Virus record (IMG/VR): IMGVR_UViG_3300029288_000134 | Coordinates: 22,177-86,176 of that record | Source of the DNA: a virus | Taxonomy: Duplodnaviria > Caudoviricetes | Length of the DNA stretch: 64,000 bases | Strand: one strand, 5' to 3' | Shown here: piece by piece, positions 26,153-35,169 of the stretch | Position numbering within the stretch: the stretch's first letter is position 1 | Layout of the letters: every line of letters begins with the position of its first letter | Translations under genes and position numbers: made by a program | The notes under the pieces: model-generated | What the model was told of the DNA's origin: nothing | What the model saw: only the letters and a program-made list of their open reading frames with translations | Databases searched by the model: none

Positions 26153-26200
26153 GTATAATTGTTCTGACAACGATTATACTTTCAATGCAAAAAGTATAAT
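26151..26200 (+). promoter_or_regulatory. possible internal promoter/operator with three aagtataat-type motifs
   Basis: aagtataat (26151-59), inverted copy attatactt (26173-81), aagtataat (26192-200). Followed by a GGGAGG RBS. Confidence 0.45.
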
Positions 26201-26213
26201 TTAGGGAGGACAC

Positions 26214-27083
26214 ATGAAGGTATATGCCGAGATAGAAGAAGTATTAGGCATTGGATTACATCGTGTACAGTATGAAATCAAGCATCACGCACCGCCTGGA
26301 ATTGAGTTTGTTGACAACATAGAAGAAGCAGACTTGCAGATTGTTCCCGTAATAGGGCTTGGTAGCCTTGAGTTCATCAAGCATCCAAGTCATGTACTGT
26401 TACAGTATTGTTACATGACCGCCGAGAGACAGGATCCCGAGTTCTGGTTGCCCATCTTCCAAGAAGCGAAAATGGTATTCAGCTATTACGATCTTCCGAG
26501 CTATGTAGGATCTAGCGATTTCAACTTCTTGCACTCTCCGCTCGGAGTTGATATGGAAGTGTTTCAAGATCGCAAGTTGTCAATAGTTCCAAGGGACTTT
26601 ATTGTTGCAACTTCTGGATACGAGCCATTTGGCGAGGCTATTAAGGAATGCTATCAAGCTGCGCGTATCTTAAAGAAAAAGATATTTCACCTTGGTCCAG
26701 GTCTAGATCATGATAGATTCCAGCCGTGGGTAGGCGCTGGCTTTGTTGCGCACAGCGGTATTAGTGACACTGATCTTGCTCGGATGTATAGTAGATCTAA
26801 GTATGTTTCTGGCCTACGATTCGGAGAGGGTTTTGAGTTGCCTGTAATTGAGGGATTTGCTTGTGGTGCTCGACCTATTTGTTTTGACTTGCCCGTATAT
26901 CGTCAGTGGTTTAATGACTTCGCTGTATTCGTTCCTCATATAAGAGACGATGATCTGATGTATGCATTGGTAGAGATATTTAATACAGATAGACCAGTAA
27001 CGGCGGAAGAGTTGCAAATATGCAAAGAGCGTTTTAGTTGGGATGTGGTAATACAAAAATTCTGGGAGAGGGCGCTAGAATAA
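26214..27083 (+). CDS. GT-B fold glycosyltransferase (GT4-like)
   Basis: HSPLGVD, EGFELPVIEGFACG, FSWD. Confidence 0.82.
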   Translation: MKVYAEIEEVLGIGLHRVQYEIKHHAPPGIEFVDNIEEADLQIVPVIGLGSLEFIKHPSHVLLQYCYMTAERQDPEFWLPIFQEAKMVFSYYDLPSYVGSSDFNFLHSPLGVDMEVFQDRKLSIVPRDFIVATSGYEPFGEAIKECYQAARILKKKIFHLGPGLDHDRFQPWVGAGFVAHSGISDTDLARMYSRSKYVSGLRFGEGFELPVIEGFACGARPICFDLPVYRQWFNDFAVFVPHIRDDDLMYALVEIFNTDRPVTAEELQICKERFSWDVVIQKFWERALE

Positions 27084-28402
27084 TGTCTAAGAAAATCAAA
27101 GTATTGTGTTGGTCTGACAGTCCCGCTGTCACAACAGGGTTTGGTGTTGTGGCAAAAGAATTATATAAAGGTTTTCATGACGCGGGAATGGAAGTTGTTG
27201 CAATGGGTACCCTTGCTACGCCGCTAGTTGACAACAGTAATTTGCCATATCGCGTGATCAATGCCTGTCAACATGATCCAGAGATGTATGAACTTGCTCC
27301 TGCGATTGTTAGCATGGAGAAGCCTGACGTTGTATTTATTCTTGCAGATCCAGGTACGGCATATAACCGAATAGGAAAGTTGTTTTCCGATACACCTGTT
27401 GTGGCATACTTTCCCATTGAGGGATCGCCCGTATCTACACGTTATCTAGATTTCATTCGAGATGTAATACATCGTGGTGGATCAGCGGTAACATATACGA
27501 AATGGGGAGCGGATACAATATCGCTGTTCTCAGGTGGAATACTCAAGATTCCGTACATCTACCACGGAGTAGATCATGCTGGCTGGAAACCCATAGAGCC
27601 TGAATTACGTAAACATATGCGTAAAGTTGTGGGATGGGACGACAAGTTTGTGGTTACTTTTCGTGGTCGTAACAAGGGCGTAAAAATGCAGTTGTCTCTG
27701 ATGCACGCAATGCACCAGCTAGTTCACGTTAAGAAACGAGATGACATCTTGCTATATCTGCATTGTAAGCCGTTCGAAGAATATCTAATGCAGGGCTGGA
27801 ATTTACTAGAGTGGAAAAAGAATCTTGGTCTATCAGAGAATCTCTTATTTCCACAGGATATGTATAATCAGCTTGATGGTGTTCCGTTCGACAGTAACAA
27901 GATTACCGATTGGAATAATGTTAAAGTAAGTGATGATCCCAAGGTGCGCGGATTGAATTTCATTGATATGGATTTATGTGAGAGAACAGCACTTGCTGAT
28001 CTATTTATTGACCCTGCTTCAATAGAGGGATTTGGATTGCCCGCGCTTGAAGCTGCTGCGTGTGGTGTACCAGTAGCTACAGTAAATGACTCGGGAGTGA
28101 GAAGCGAGATATTTGGCGATAATGCATACTTCATGGAACCCATTACTGAAACTCGCTGGCACACGGGTGCTGCTTTGAAGATTGTGGCTGAGGATACTAT
28201 CGGTAGCACGATTGAGCTTTTCTCTAAAAACGAGAAGTTGTGCAAGGAGTATGGTGAGCTTGGCCTAGAAAGAAGCAAGGATTTCAGATGGGATAACGCA
28301 CGAGAATCCATGACTAAGTTAGTAGAGCAAGCGTCAGGGAAGAATACCGGACAGGCAATGTGGTTTAATAACCTATTGGGAGGGATGAGTGGGAATCAAT
28401 AG
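27083..28402 (+). CDS. GT-B fold glycosyltransferase (GT4-like)
   Basis: TTGFGVVAKEL, IYHGVD, EGFGLPALEAAACG, FRWD. TAATG coupling suggests a start at 27083. Confidence 0.88.
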   Translation: MSKKIKVLCWSDSPAVTTGFGVVAKELYKGFHDAGMEVVAMGTLATPLVDNSNLPYRVINACQHDPEMYELAPAIVSMEKPDVVFILADPGTAYNRIGKLFSDTPVVAYFPIEGSPVSTRYLDFIRDVIHRGGSAVTYTKWGADTISLFSGGILKIPYIYHGVDHAGWKPIEPELRKHMRKVVGWDDKFVVTFRGRNKGVKMQLSLMHAMHQLVHVKKRDDILLYLHCKPFEEYLMQGWNLLEWKKNLGLSENLLFPQDMYNQLDGVPFDSNKITDWNNVKVSDDPKVRGLNFIDMDLCERTALADLFIDPASIEGFGLPALEAAACGVPVATVNDSGVRSEIFGDNAYFMEPITETRWHTGAALKIVAEDTIGSTIELFSKNEKLCKEYGELGLERSKDFRWDNARESMTKLVEQASGKNTGQAMWFNNLLGGMSGNQ

Positions 28403-28493
28403 TGATGTAAAAGTGTTTGTTGTTATTGCTCTTCTATTTATCTTTTTATCTTCGTGCTCGTGCATGGTTGCACCAATCACAAGGGGTATGTAG
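28389..28493 (+). CDS. possible 34-aa lipoprotein-like peptide (MGINSDVKVFVVIALLFIFLSSCSCMVAPITRGM)
   Basis: Translated by hand; GGAGG upstream of GTG; hydrophobic stretch then LSSC lipobox-like motif. Confidence 0.35.
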   Translation: MGINSDVKVFVVIALLFIFLSSCSCMVAPITRGM

Positions 28494-28687
28494 TGGATAA
28501 TTTCGAGTTCGCTGTACAAGTGGAAAGTATAATGAAGCTGCTTTTATCTAATGACGTGCAGCGACAACTTGGCACCATGCGTAAAGGTAGAATAGAAATC
28601 GTTATTAAGGACGGGATAGCTCAGTCTATATCCGTAACATCTATGCATCTTTTAGAGAATCTACGCGATTCACTTGACAATTCTTAA
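28493..28687 (+). CDS. small hypothetical protein (DUF2292/YezD-like pattern)
   Basis: GRIEIVIKDGIAQSI; GTG start overlapping the upstream TAG. Confidence 0.4.
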   Translation: MDNFEFAVQVESIMKLLLSNDVQRQLGTMRKGRIEIVIKDGIAQSISVTSMHLLENLRDSLDNS

Positions 28688-28701
28688 ATATAGTATATAG
28701 T
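28674..28701 (+). promoter_or_regulatory. sigma70-type promoter upstream of the head operon
   Basis: TTGACA-16 bp-TATAGT. Confidence 0.6.
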
Positions 28702-28776
28702 TGCATTAACAAGTTAATAATGTCGATCTGACGTATGTCAACGGTCTGGTTCTTTCTCTTGTCTGCCGTGGTGATG

Positions 28777-28825
28777 CGCGGGGTCGTTTACTCTTAATAG
28801 AGTAATCGGCCCCGCGTTTTTTTTT
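28777..28825 (+). terminator. strong intrinsic terminator immediately upstream of the protease RBS
   Basis: cgcggggtcg/cggccccgcg stem plus ttactc/gagtaa stem, then a 9-nt T run. GGAGG at 28833. Confidence 0.8.
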
Positions 28826-28842
28826 GTTTCCTGGAGGTATGT

Positions 28843-30312
28843 ATGCCAGAAGTAACTGAGAACTATGTGCATATACCAGTTCGTGGAGATGATCAATTTG
28901 TAGAAGGTTCAATTAGAACAATAGTCATCTCGGCCAGTCAGGGAATAAGGGCCCTGATCGGAAAGTTGAAATCGGATCCACAAGGTTCCACTAAGATCAA
29001 AACATACTTGTTCTCAACTGCGAAGTGGAACATGGAAAAAGCTAAAGCCTGGGTATCCAAGCACAAGCTAGAGGACGTGAATATGGATCAAAACATAGAA
29101 GATATTGTAGTTATGGAAGATGTTTCATACGATGAACTTCAAAATGAAATAATCGCAGCCTGGGAAGAGGGTCAATATACAAGTAATCCTGTTCCCCAAA
29201 TGAGAGGCGCATATGTAAGTAAAGTATATAAGGATTATATTATAACTCACCTTGAAGGCAAGCTATACAAGGTTGCCTATAGTAAAAAGGGAGACAAGAT
29301 AGAATTCAGCGAACCAGAAGAAGTGGAGATGAAAGTGGAGTATGTTAAGGCGGATATGCCCTTTGATTATGTTGCCTTGATCGAGCTAGAGGAAGATGGT
29401 TCCCCTGTTCAGTGGATACAAATGCACGAAGAGGGGGAATGGGAGCATCCAGAATATGGAACGCTTTCCATGACCAAGAGCAAGATCAATGCAATGATCA
29501 AGAACTTCAACGAAAAACTACTTGGATATGAACCTTCAGGGAACTTGCATCATGACAAGAGTCCTGCTCAGGGATGGGTGAAGGAGCTTGCTTATAAGAA
29601 CAAGAAACTGATGGGAAAAGTCGAGTGGACAAAGGAGGGGATTGCAAATATCCGCGATAAACTATACCGATACATTTCCCCAGAATACAAGGAAGATCAC
29701 GAGGGGAAAGGGGCCTTGTTTGTAGGATTCGCACTCACCAACAAGCCATTCCTTCCAGGCCAAAAGCCACTGGTATGTTCAATGGATGTACAAACTCAGT
29801 TGTTTGAATCAAGATTAGCTACTAAGAAGGAGTTACAAATGCCCGAGAAAAATACTGTCGTAGAAGATCCGAAGATTACTACGCCGGATCCAGTTGTGCC
29901 TGTTGTACCAGTTGTTACTCTTAGCGCCGAAGACATTGCGGTTTTAAAGATGGAAGCTGCAAAGGTCAAGGTTCTCGAAGAGCAACTTGTCAAGATGGAG
30001 TCTGATGCAAAGAAAGCAGAGATCGCTGCAATGTGCGATAAGGCTGCTAGTCGTGGCGTTGATCCGTTCACGATTAACAGCGTCAGCGCAATGCTTGTGG
30101 CTCTGCAACGTAACGGTGAAGATGTGGTCATGCTCGAAGAGGGCGCTGCTCCCGTTAATATGTATCGTGCTCTATCTCAATTTTTGCAGAACGTTACTGG
30201 GCCAATCAAAACCGAAGAGCAGACTCAGATCGACAACGAGAAGCCGAATCTGAATCTTAGCGACGAGGCTGATTACACCCAAGAAGACGTTGATTCGTTC
30301 ATGAAGGTTTAA
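28843..30312 (+). CDS. prohead protease/scaffold (Mu GpI-like) with N-terminal extension
   Basis: WIQMHEEGEWEHP.YG, GNLHH, AQGWV, VEWT, YRYISPEY, GFALTNKPF; acidic coiled-coil C-terminus. Confidence 0.78.
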   Translation: MPEVTENYVHIPVRGDDQFVEGSIRTIVISASQGIRALIGKLKSDPQGSTKIKTYLFSTAKWNMEKAKAWVSKHKLEDVNMDQNIEDIVVMEDVSYDELQNEIIAAWEEGQYTSNPVPQMRGAYVSKVYKDYIITHLEGKLYKVAYSKKGDKIEFSEPEEVEMKVEYVKADMPFDYVALIELEEDGSPVQWIQMHEEGEWEHPEYGTLSMTKSKINAMIKNFNEKLLGYEPSGNLHHDKSPAQGWVKELAYKNKKLMGKVEWTKEGIANIRDKLYRYISPEYKEDHEGKGALFVGFALTNKPFLPGQKPLVCSMDVQTQLFESRLATKKELQMPEKNTVVEDPKITTPDPVVPVVPVVTLSAEDIAVLKMEAAKVKVLEEQLVKMESDAKKAEIAAMCDKAASRGVDPFTINSVSAMLVALQRNGEDVVMLEEGAAPVNMYRALSQFLQNVTGPIKTEEQTQIDNEKPNLNLSDEADYTQEDVDSFMKV

Positions 30313-30325
30313 GGAGGATATAACA

Positions 30326-30715
30326 ATGCCGTACCTGAAAAGTGGGCCAAGCACGCGACGACGTGCATGGTTGGATAGTCTAGCGGCTGTCCGTAGTGAT
30401 AGTGACACTCTCAGTGGAGACATCGGCCTTACCGCTGATGCATTTGGAGATAAGTGGGTATACCCCGGTGTAGTTTTGGACTATGTTGATGCTGGTACGT
30501 ACACTGGCAAATTGATGGTTCGCGCTTCTGGGTCAACTTATACCGCCAAGGGCATTATGATGGGAACCGAGCCAGTAAACATGAAGCTCGGGGACAAGTT
30601 GGTTGGTTACTATACCCATGCCCGAGTACGAGAAGATCTTGTTGAATGCGAGGGGTCACTTGGTAGCGTTGCTGCTGGTGTAAAGACTTCGCTCGCTAAT
30701 ATCGAGTGGATATAA
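30326..30715 (+). CDS. probable head decoration/cement protein
   Basis: 129 aa, between scaffold and major capsid (the lambda gpD position). Confidence 0.55.
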   Translation: MPYLKSGPSTRRRAWLDSLAAVRSDSDTLSGDIGLTADAFGDKWVYPGVVLDYVDAGTYTGKLMVRASGSTYTAKGIMMGTEPVNMKLGDKLVGYYTHARVREDLVECEGSLGSVAAGVKTSLANIEWI

Positions 30716-30725
30716 GGAGTAGAAA

Positions 30726-31859
30726 ATGGCATACGATACGTTAGGACTGCGTTTCCTACTGGATGTAGTCAAGAAACTAGATTACAACCGAAGTTATATG
30801 GGAACCAACTTTGGTGATCTTGGCTTACCAGATAATGCAATGCGACAGGGTGGCCCAGGTCTTTTCCCTGTTAAAGATGTAATGTTTGATGAGCTTACGT
30901 GGGATGTTATCAGTGCAGAGAATCAATTGGCAGGTGTATACGCCGTTGATGGTGAGATTAAACCAGGGGATGACCCGAACTACGAAACCCTGTTTGCTGA
31001 TATTGTTCGCATCGGTTCATCAAGGATAGTTCCAGAGTCAGCAGTTCGTACCTTGCGTGATCCTGGTATGATTGGGACAGAGAGTGGAATGGTTGCCTCT
31101 TTCCGCAAGACTGCTGAACGCAAAGTTCGAGAACGTCTTGAGTGGTGTAATTCAGAGGTCAATAGTACTATCGAGTACCTATGCATGAACGCCCTTCAGG
31201 GCAGCTTGACTTGGCCAGCTACAGGGCCATCTAACCCACCGGGATATGCTCAGTCAAACTTTACTCTTACCTGGAGCGATGTTACGACTGGTAATATTTC
31301 TGATCTTACTGGTGGAACTGCGGTTGCGTGGAGTACCGTTGCTACTGCTAACGCCATCAACGATCTTGAAGTTATCGCTCAGGCTTTCGCCGATAAAGGC
31401 ATCCCGGTTGATGGCAATCGTCTAACGATGATCTGCTCTAGCAAGGTGTTGTCTTATTTGCGCAAGAGCACTCTTCTTCAAGGCGTGTTGCAGTATACGA
31501 ATCCGGGGTTCCTGGATATTACCCAGACCAAGACATTCATTGAGCGCGAGTTTGGCCACACTATTATTCCGTATGATGCTCTTTGGAGTTATCGCACGTA
31601 TAGTTCTGCTGGCGCGATTACTGAGAATTGGACTCGGTTCTTGGACGAGAACAAGGTTATCATCTTCCCGAGCTATCTTGCCAATGATCTTGGTGATTTG
31701 GCCACGTCACCTTCTATGGCGAATGATTGGAATACGGGCAAGTTCACTTTCCGTAAGGAAAACCAGAATCCTTGGAACGTTGAGATTGGCGTTGGTATCA
31801 ACGCTTTCCCGCGATTCAAGCGCCCGAATGCAGTTTGTTGCTATACCGTTAATGCATAA
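30726..31859 (+). CDS. major capsid protein (lambda gpE-like family)
   Basis: 377 aa; LFPVKDV..DELTWD, RLEWC...EYLCMNALQG.L, WSTVATANAINDL, terminal AFPRFKRPNAV; strong RBS. Confidence 0.82.
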   Translation: MAYDTLGLRFLLDVVKKLDYNRSYMGTNFGDLGLPDNAMRQGGPGLFPVKDVMFDELTWDVISAENQLAGVYAVDGEIKPGDDPNYETLFADIVRIGSSRIVPESAVRTLRDPGMIGTESGMVASFRKTAERKVRERLEWCNSEVNSTIEYLCMNALQGSLTWPATGPSNPPGYAQSNFTLTWSDVTTGNISDLTGGTAVAWSTVATANAINDLEVIAQAFADKGIPVDGNRLTMICSSKVLSYLRKSTLLQGVLQYTNPGFLDITQTKTFIEREFGHTIIPYDALWSYRTYSSAGAITENWTRFLDENKVIIFPSYLANDLGDLATSPSMANDWNTGKFTFRKENQNPWNVEIGVGINAFPRFKRPNAVCCYTVNA

Positions 31860-31862
31860 ATA

Positions 31863-31899
31863 AGCTGCTGGTCGGTATCCAGCGAGAGGACCAGCAGCT
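31863..31899 (+). terminator. hairpin after the capsid gene (terminator/stabiliser)
   Basis: agctgctggtc / gaccagcagct inverted repeat; short T tract. Confidence 0.55.
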
Positions 31900-31912
31900 A
31901 GGATTTTTCATT

Positions 31913-32521
31913 ATGGCCTATTGCACAAGTTTACAGGTTAGTTACATCCTGCGTGGAATGTTTCCTAACACTGTTGGTTCGCCAACTGGTTTTACTGAAT
32001 TAACGACTCCTACTCTTACTCAGGTAGAGAGTTGGATTACACTTGTAGACTCGGAACTAGACATGGCGCTAGCAGAGGCAGGCTACATGCTTCCGCTAGT
32101 TGCTATTACTGGCGAGACAATTCCTGCACAGCAAACAAATCTACTTACTCTAGCATCAATAATGGGCGTTGCGGGAATGGTTATTGATGCACTAAAACCG
32201 GCACCAGCCGTAGGCTCAGGATCACGTTCTGGCTTTCCTACAGGTACGCGATATTTTAGGGATCGCTTTCTAGAAATTCTAAACAAAATCAGGCGTACTG
32301 CCGGGATGGGTATACGTGCAAAGACTTATCCTGGAACTCCTGCAAACATTAAGCTCAAGTCTCACCGTGGCCCTATGTCTAGCTTCCGAGAAGGACTAGA
32401 GGGAGCTTCAGACAATATGACTCTTCGAGAGTTCACAGATCTTGTTCAGTTATGGAATTCTGATGTAAAAGATTGGGAGTCTTGGGAATATGACGTGCTT
32501 AATGGATGGCAAAATTTCTAA
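31913..32521 (+). CDS. probable head-tail adaptor
   Basis: First gene after the capsid; MAYCT start and helical pattern typical of adaptors. Confidence 0.55.
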   Translation: MAYCTSLQVSYILRGMFPNTVGSPTGFTELTTPTLTQVESWITLVDSELDMALAEAGYMLPLVAITGETIPAQQTNLLTLASIMGVAGMVIDALKPAPAVGSGSRSGFPTGTRYFRDRFLEILNKIRRTAGMGIRAKTYPGTPANIKLKSHRGPMSSFREGLEGASDNMTLREFTDLVQLWNSDVKDWESWEYDVLNGWQNF

Positions 32522-32533
32522 TGGAGACAACTT

Positions 32534-33082
32534 ATGCCGACACCACCTATTAGTGTAGGAATATATGGAAATACAATCAAGGATGGTAGCGGAGATGCAC
32601 ATCTTGTATTAATAGACGCAGACGGACATGTCCAAGTTGACTTGCTGTCGTCATCTTCAGATCAACTCCCTGCCGCACTTACTGGCAGTGGGAATCTCAA
32701 GGTTGCGGTTCAAGAAGCATTGCCGAGTGGCACTAATACCATCGGCGCAACTAAGGACGCGGGCGTGTCACAGACCGTCACGCGAACATACACCACGGGC
32801 GCTGATATGACCACCGCCGCCGCCATCACCGCCGCCCCCACTTCCGGACAAAAAATCGTGGCAATGGACATCCTAATATCCACCGATACCGCTATGTCCT
32901 TCACCATCCAGGAGGAAACCAGCGCGACCGTATTCGCCAAGGTTTACCTACCCGCTAACGGTTCGGCGCAGATTACCTTGCGTGGGTATCTGAAGGCGGC
33001 TGTGGCTGATAAGAAGCTGATGGGGAAAGCGTCAGTAGCTGGCAATGTTGCGATTACCGCTGTGTATTTCAGTGAGGCATAA
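32534..33082 (+). CDS. putative virion structural protein
   Basis: T/A/G/S-rich, beta-rich; within the morphogenesis block. Confidence 0.5.
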   Translation: MPTPPISVGIYGNTIKDGSGDAHLVLIDADGHVQVDLLSSSSDQLPAALTGSGNLKVAVQEALPSGTNTIGATKDAGVSQTVTRTYTTGADMTTAAAITAAPTSGQKIVAMDILISTDTAMSFTIQEETSATVFAKVYLPANGSAQITLRGYLKAAVADKKLMGKASVAGNVAITAVYFSEA

Positions 33083-33724
33083 ATGCCGACTCTAACCCTG
33101 CGCCCAAGCTCCGTAGACGGAATAGATACTTTTCTATACCAATTTGCCCCAGACGGTGCACATGGGACAGAAACTGGACTACAGCTTTGCTCAAAGGCAA
33201 GTGGCAAGGGGCGTTATCCGCTACTTAAATTCAATCTCGCGTCACTTGTCGGCGCCACGGTGTTGTCTGCAACGTTGACGCTTACAGAGTCCGGGGCCGG
33301 CGTGGCTAGTGACTACAATTTTAGCGTTCACGCGATTTTAGCCGCTAACGCCGGCTGGGACGAACTGTCCACCTGGAACTACAAGACGCCCTCAACTGTG
33401 CGATGGGCCGGTGATGCGGGCGCAGACGGTGGCGATGACGCGGGCTGCTCGGTAAGTGGCGTTGACTATAACGCTGTACCGATGGGGACGCTTGCGGCAG
33501 TCGTGCCACACACGACAGACGAAAAATACAATATCGCGCTGAACGTGGCACAGTTTCAGGCGATGATAGCGGCGAATTATGGCATGGTACTGGTGATAGC
33601 GGAAGATGTGCTAGAGGCGCTTTACTCTTCGAATCACGCCACAGAGGCACGGCGGCCATTATTGACCGTGGAATATGTCGCAGCGCACAACATGGTACGC
33701 ACCCCGTTCTGGGGGAGGTTCTAA
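33083..33724 (+). CDS. DNRLRE-domain (CBM96-like) protein
   Basis: TLTLRPS...DTFL, LLKFNLASL...VLSATLTL, WDELSTWN, YSSN...RRPLLTVEY. Confidence 0.7.
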   Translation: MPTLTLRPSSVDGIDTFLYQFAPDGAHGTETGLQLCSKASGKGRYPLLKFNLASLVGATVLSATLTLTESGAGVASDYNFSVHAILAANAGWDELSTWNYKTPSTVRWAGDAGADGGDDAGCSVSGVDYNAVPMGTLAAVVPHTTDEKYNIALNVAQFQAMIAANYGMVLVIAEDVLEALYSSNHATEARRPLLTVEYVAAHNMVRTPFWGRF

Positions 33725-33736
33725 TAGGAGAAAGAT

Positions 33737-35167
33737 ATGCCAAATGTAATTGCAATCGTACCGCTCAACGCGGATAATTTTGATAGTGGCGCGGCAAGTA
33801 ACGGGCAAGTTCTGACCGCTGACGGTGCGGGCAACTCAGCATGGCAGGATGCATCAGGCGGGGGCGGGGCAATTGACATCACCTATGCCGACCTCGTGAC
33901 GGCGATTGGCGCAAGCACGTTGACGGTCGGAGGATTCTACCGGATCACAGATTTTGCTACGAAGCATTACATTGTCGATGCTAACAAGGTGCAATACACG
34001 ACGGGTGATGGAATTATCACCGGCGCAGTTGAACCGCTGGTTGTACAGGCAATAGCAACTAATGCCATCGGATCACAAGCGTTTAGCGCATTGTATCCAC
34101 AGGATATTATCTACTACGACTGGAATCCGGCTCACTGGCTAACAGACCTGTCGTTTGCGAAGGCGGGGGCTATTGTCTCTGGATTTACCGGAGTTATTAC
34201 CTTTCGGCGCGATACGATTTACGATAATTACGCGCCAGGAGACTGGCGGAACTGTAAGACGCGGAGATGGAAAACGAATGCAACGGCGTGGTCCAGTTCT
34301 AGTAGCTATGTTGCAGGAAACATCGTGTCCCATGATGATGGATATGTATACAAGGCATTGCAGCCGAGCCTAAACCAGGAGCCTGTCGGCGGAGACAATG
34401 AATACTGGGTCATAATGCTTAACCTGAATACTTATGAGTATTGGAATGCGGCATCAACAAATTGGCGGTCCATTACCAGCGGCGCTGAGTATGCGGATTT
34501 TACGCTGTTTGGCAGCGGACAAGCTAGATCGGTCCACTTTGAGCCAATGTTGGACAATGCTGTGTACAACAAATATTTTAGAACGATTTTGCCTAATAAT
34601 GCATTACTTGATGCTGCAACATGCTACGGCTGCTCAATCGGGTCAGGGAGCTTCTTTAATACGATTGACGGATACTTCATTAACAACACAATCGGCGCAT
34701 CGTTCTACGGCAATCTAATTGCGGTGTATTACGATAACAATACAGTGGGAGCGTTATTCTACAATAACGTAGTCGGTGATGCATTCGAGAAAAACACGGT
34801 TGGTGCAGGATTTTATAATAACACTATTGGCGGGTACTTTTCCTCTAACACGGTCGATACTGACTTTGCGTCTAATATAATCGGCATTAACTTTGCCAAC
34901 AACGCCATCAACTCAGGGTTCTTCACAAACAAAGTTAGTACAGATTTTAGCTATAACACTATTGGTGCAAGTTTCCAGCGAAACGTATTGGGGCAGTATT
35001 TCCGAAATAACAACGTAGGTAACAGTGTATTAGTCAATATTGATCTTGCCGACGCGTCGCATGTTTACGCCGACTACAATTGCAATGTGTACCATGACAA
35101 AACACTGGGCGACAGGCTGTCTTATATGGACAATGATACGGTGGTATACGTGGCGGTGACGGCATAA
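33737..35167 (+). CDS. fibre/spike-like protein with CBM5/12-like module and Asn-rich beta-helix repeats
   Basis: NGQVLTADGAGNSAWQD; AWSSSSSYVAGNIVSHD.GYVYKALQ...EP...W; ~11-aa NNTIG.FY.N repeats in the C-terminal third. Confidence 0.65.
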   Translation: MPNVIAIVPLNADNFDSGAASNGQVLTADGAGNSAWQDASGGGGAIDITYADLVTAIGASTLTVGGFYRITDFATKHYIVDANKVQYTTGDGIITGAVEPLVVQAIATNAIGSQAFSALYPQDIIYYDWNPAHWLTDLSFAKAGAIVSGFTGVITFRRDTIYDNYAPGDWRNCKTRRWKTNATAWSSSSSYVAGNIVSHDDGYVYKALQPSLNQEPVGGDNEYWVIMLNLNTYEYWNAASTNWRSITSGAEYADFTLFGSGQARSVHFEPMLDNAVYNKYFRTILPNNALLDAATCYGCSIGSGSFFNTIDGYFINNTIGASFYGNLIAVYYDNNTVGALFYNNVVGDAFEKNTVGAGFYNNTIGGYFSSNTVDTDFASNIIGINFANNAINSGFFTNKVSTDFSYNTIGASFQRNVLGQYFRNNNVGNSVLVNIDLADASHVYADYNCNVYHDKTLGDRLSYMDNDTVVYVAVTA

Positions 35168-35169
35168 GT

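Noticed and set aside
17318-28402. O-antigen seroconversion cassette
   Set aside because: No GtrA/GtrB, Wzx/Wzy or multi-TM glycosyltransferase; all enzymes look soluble.
17318-28402. DNA hypermodification as the primary reading
   Set aside because: No TET/JBP, dCMP/dUMP hydroxymethylase or aGPT-like gene was seen in the window, and the cluster lies among head genes. It is not excluded, because the rest of the genome is unseen.
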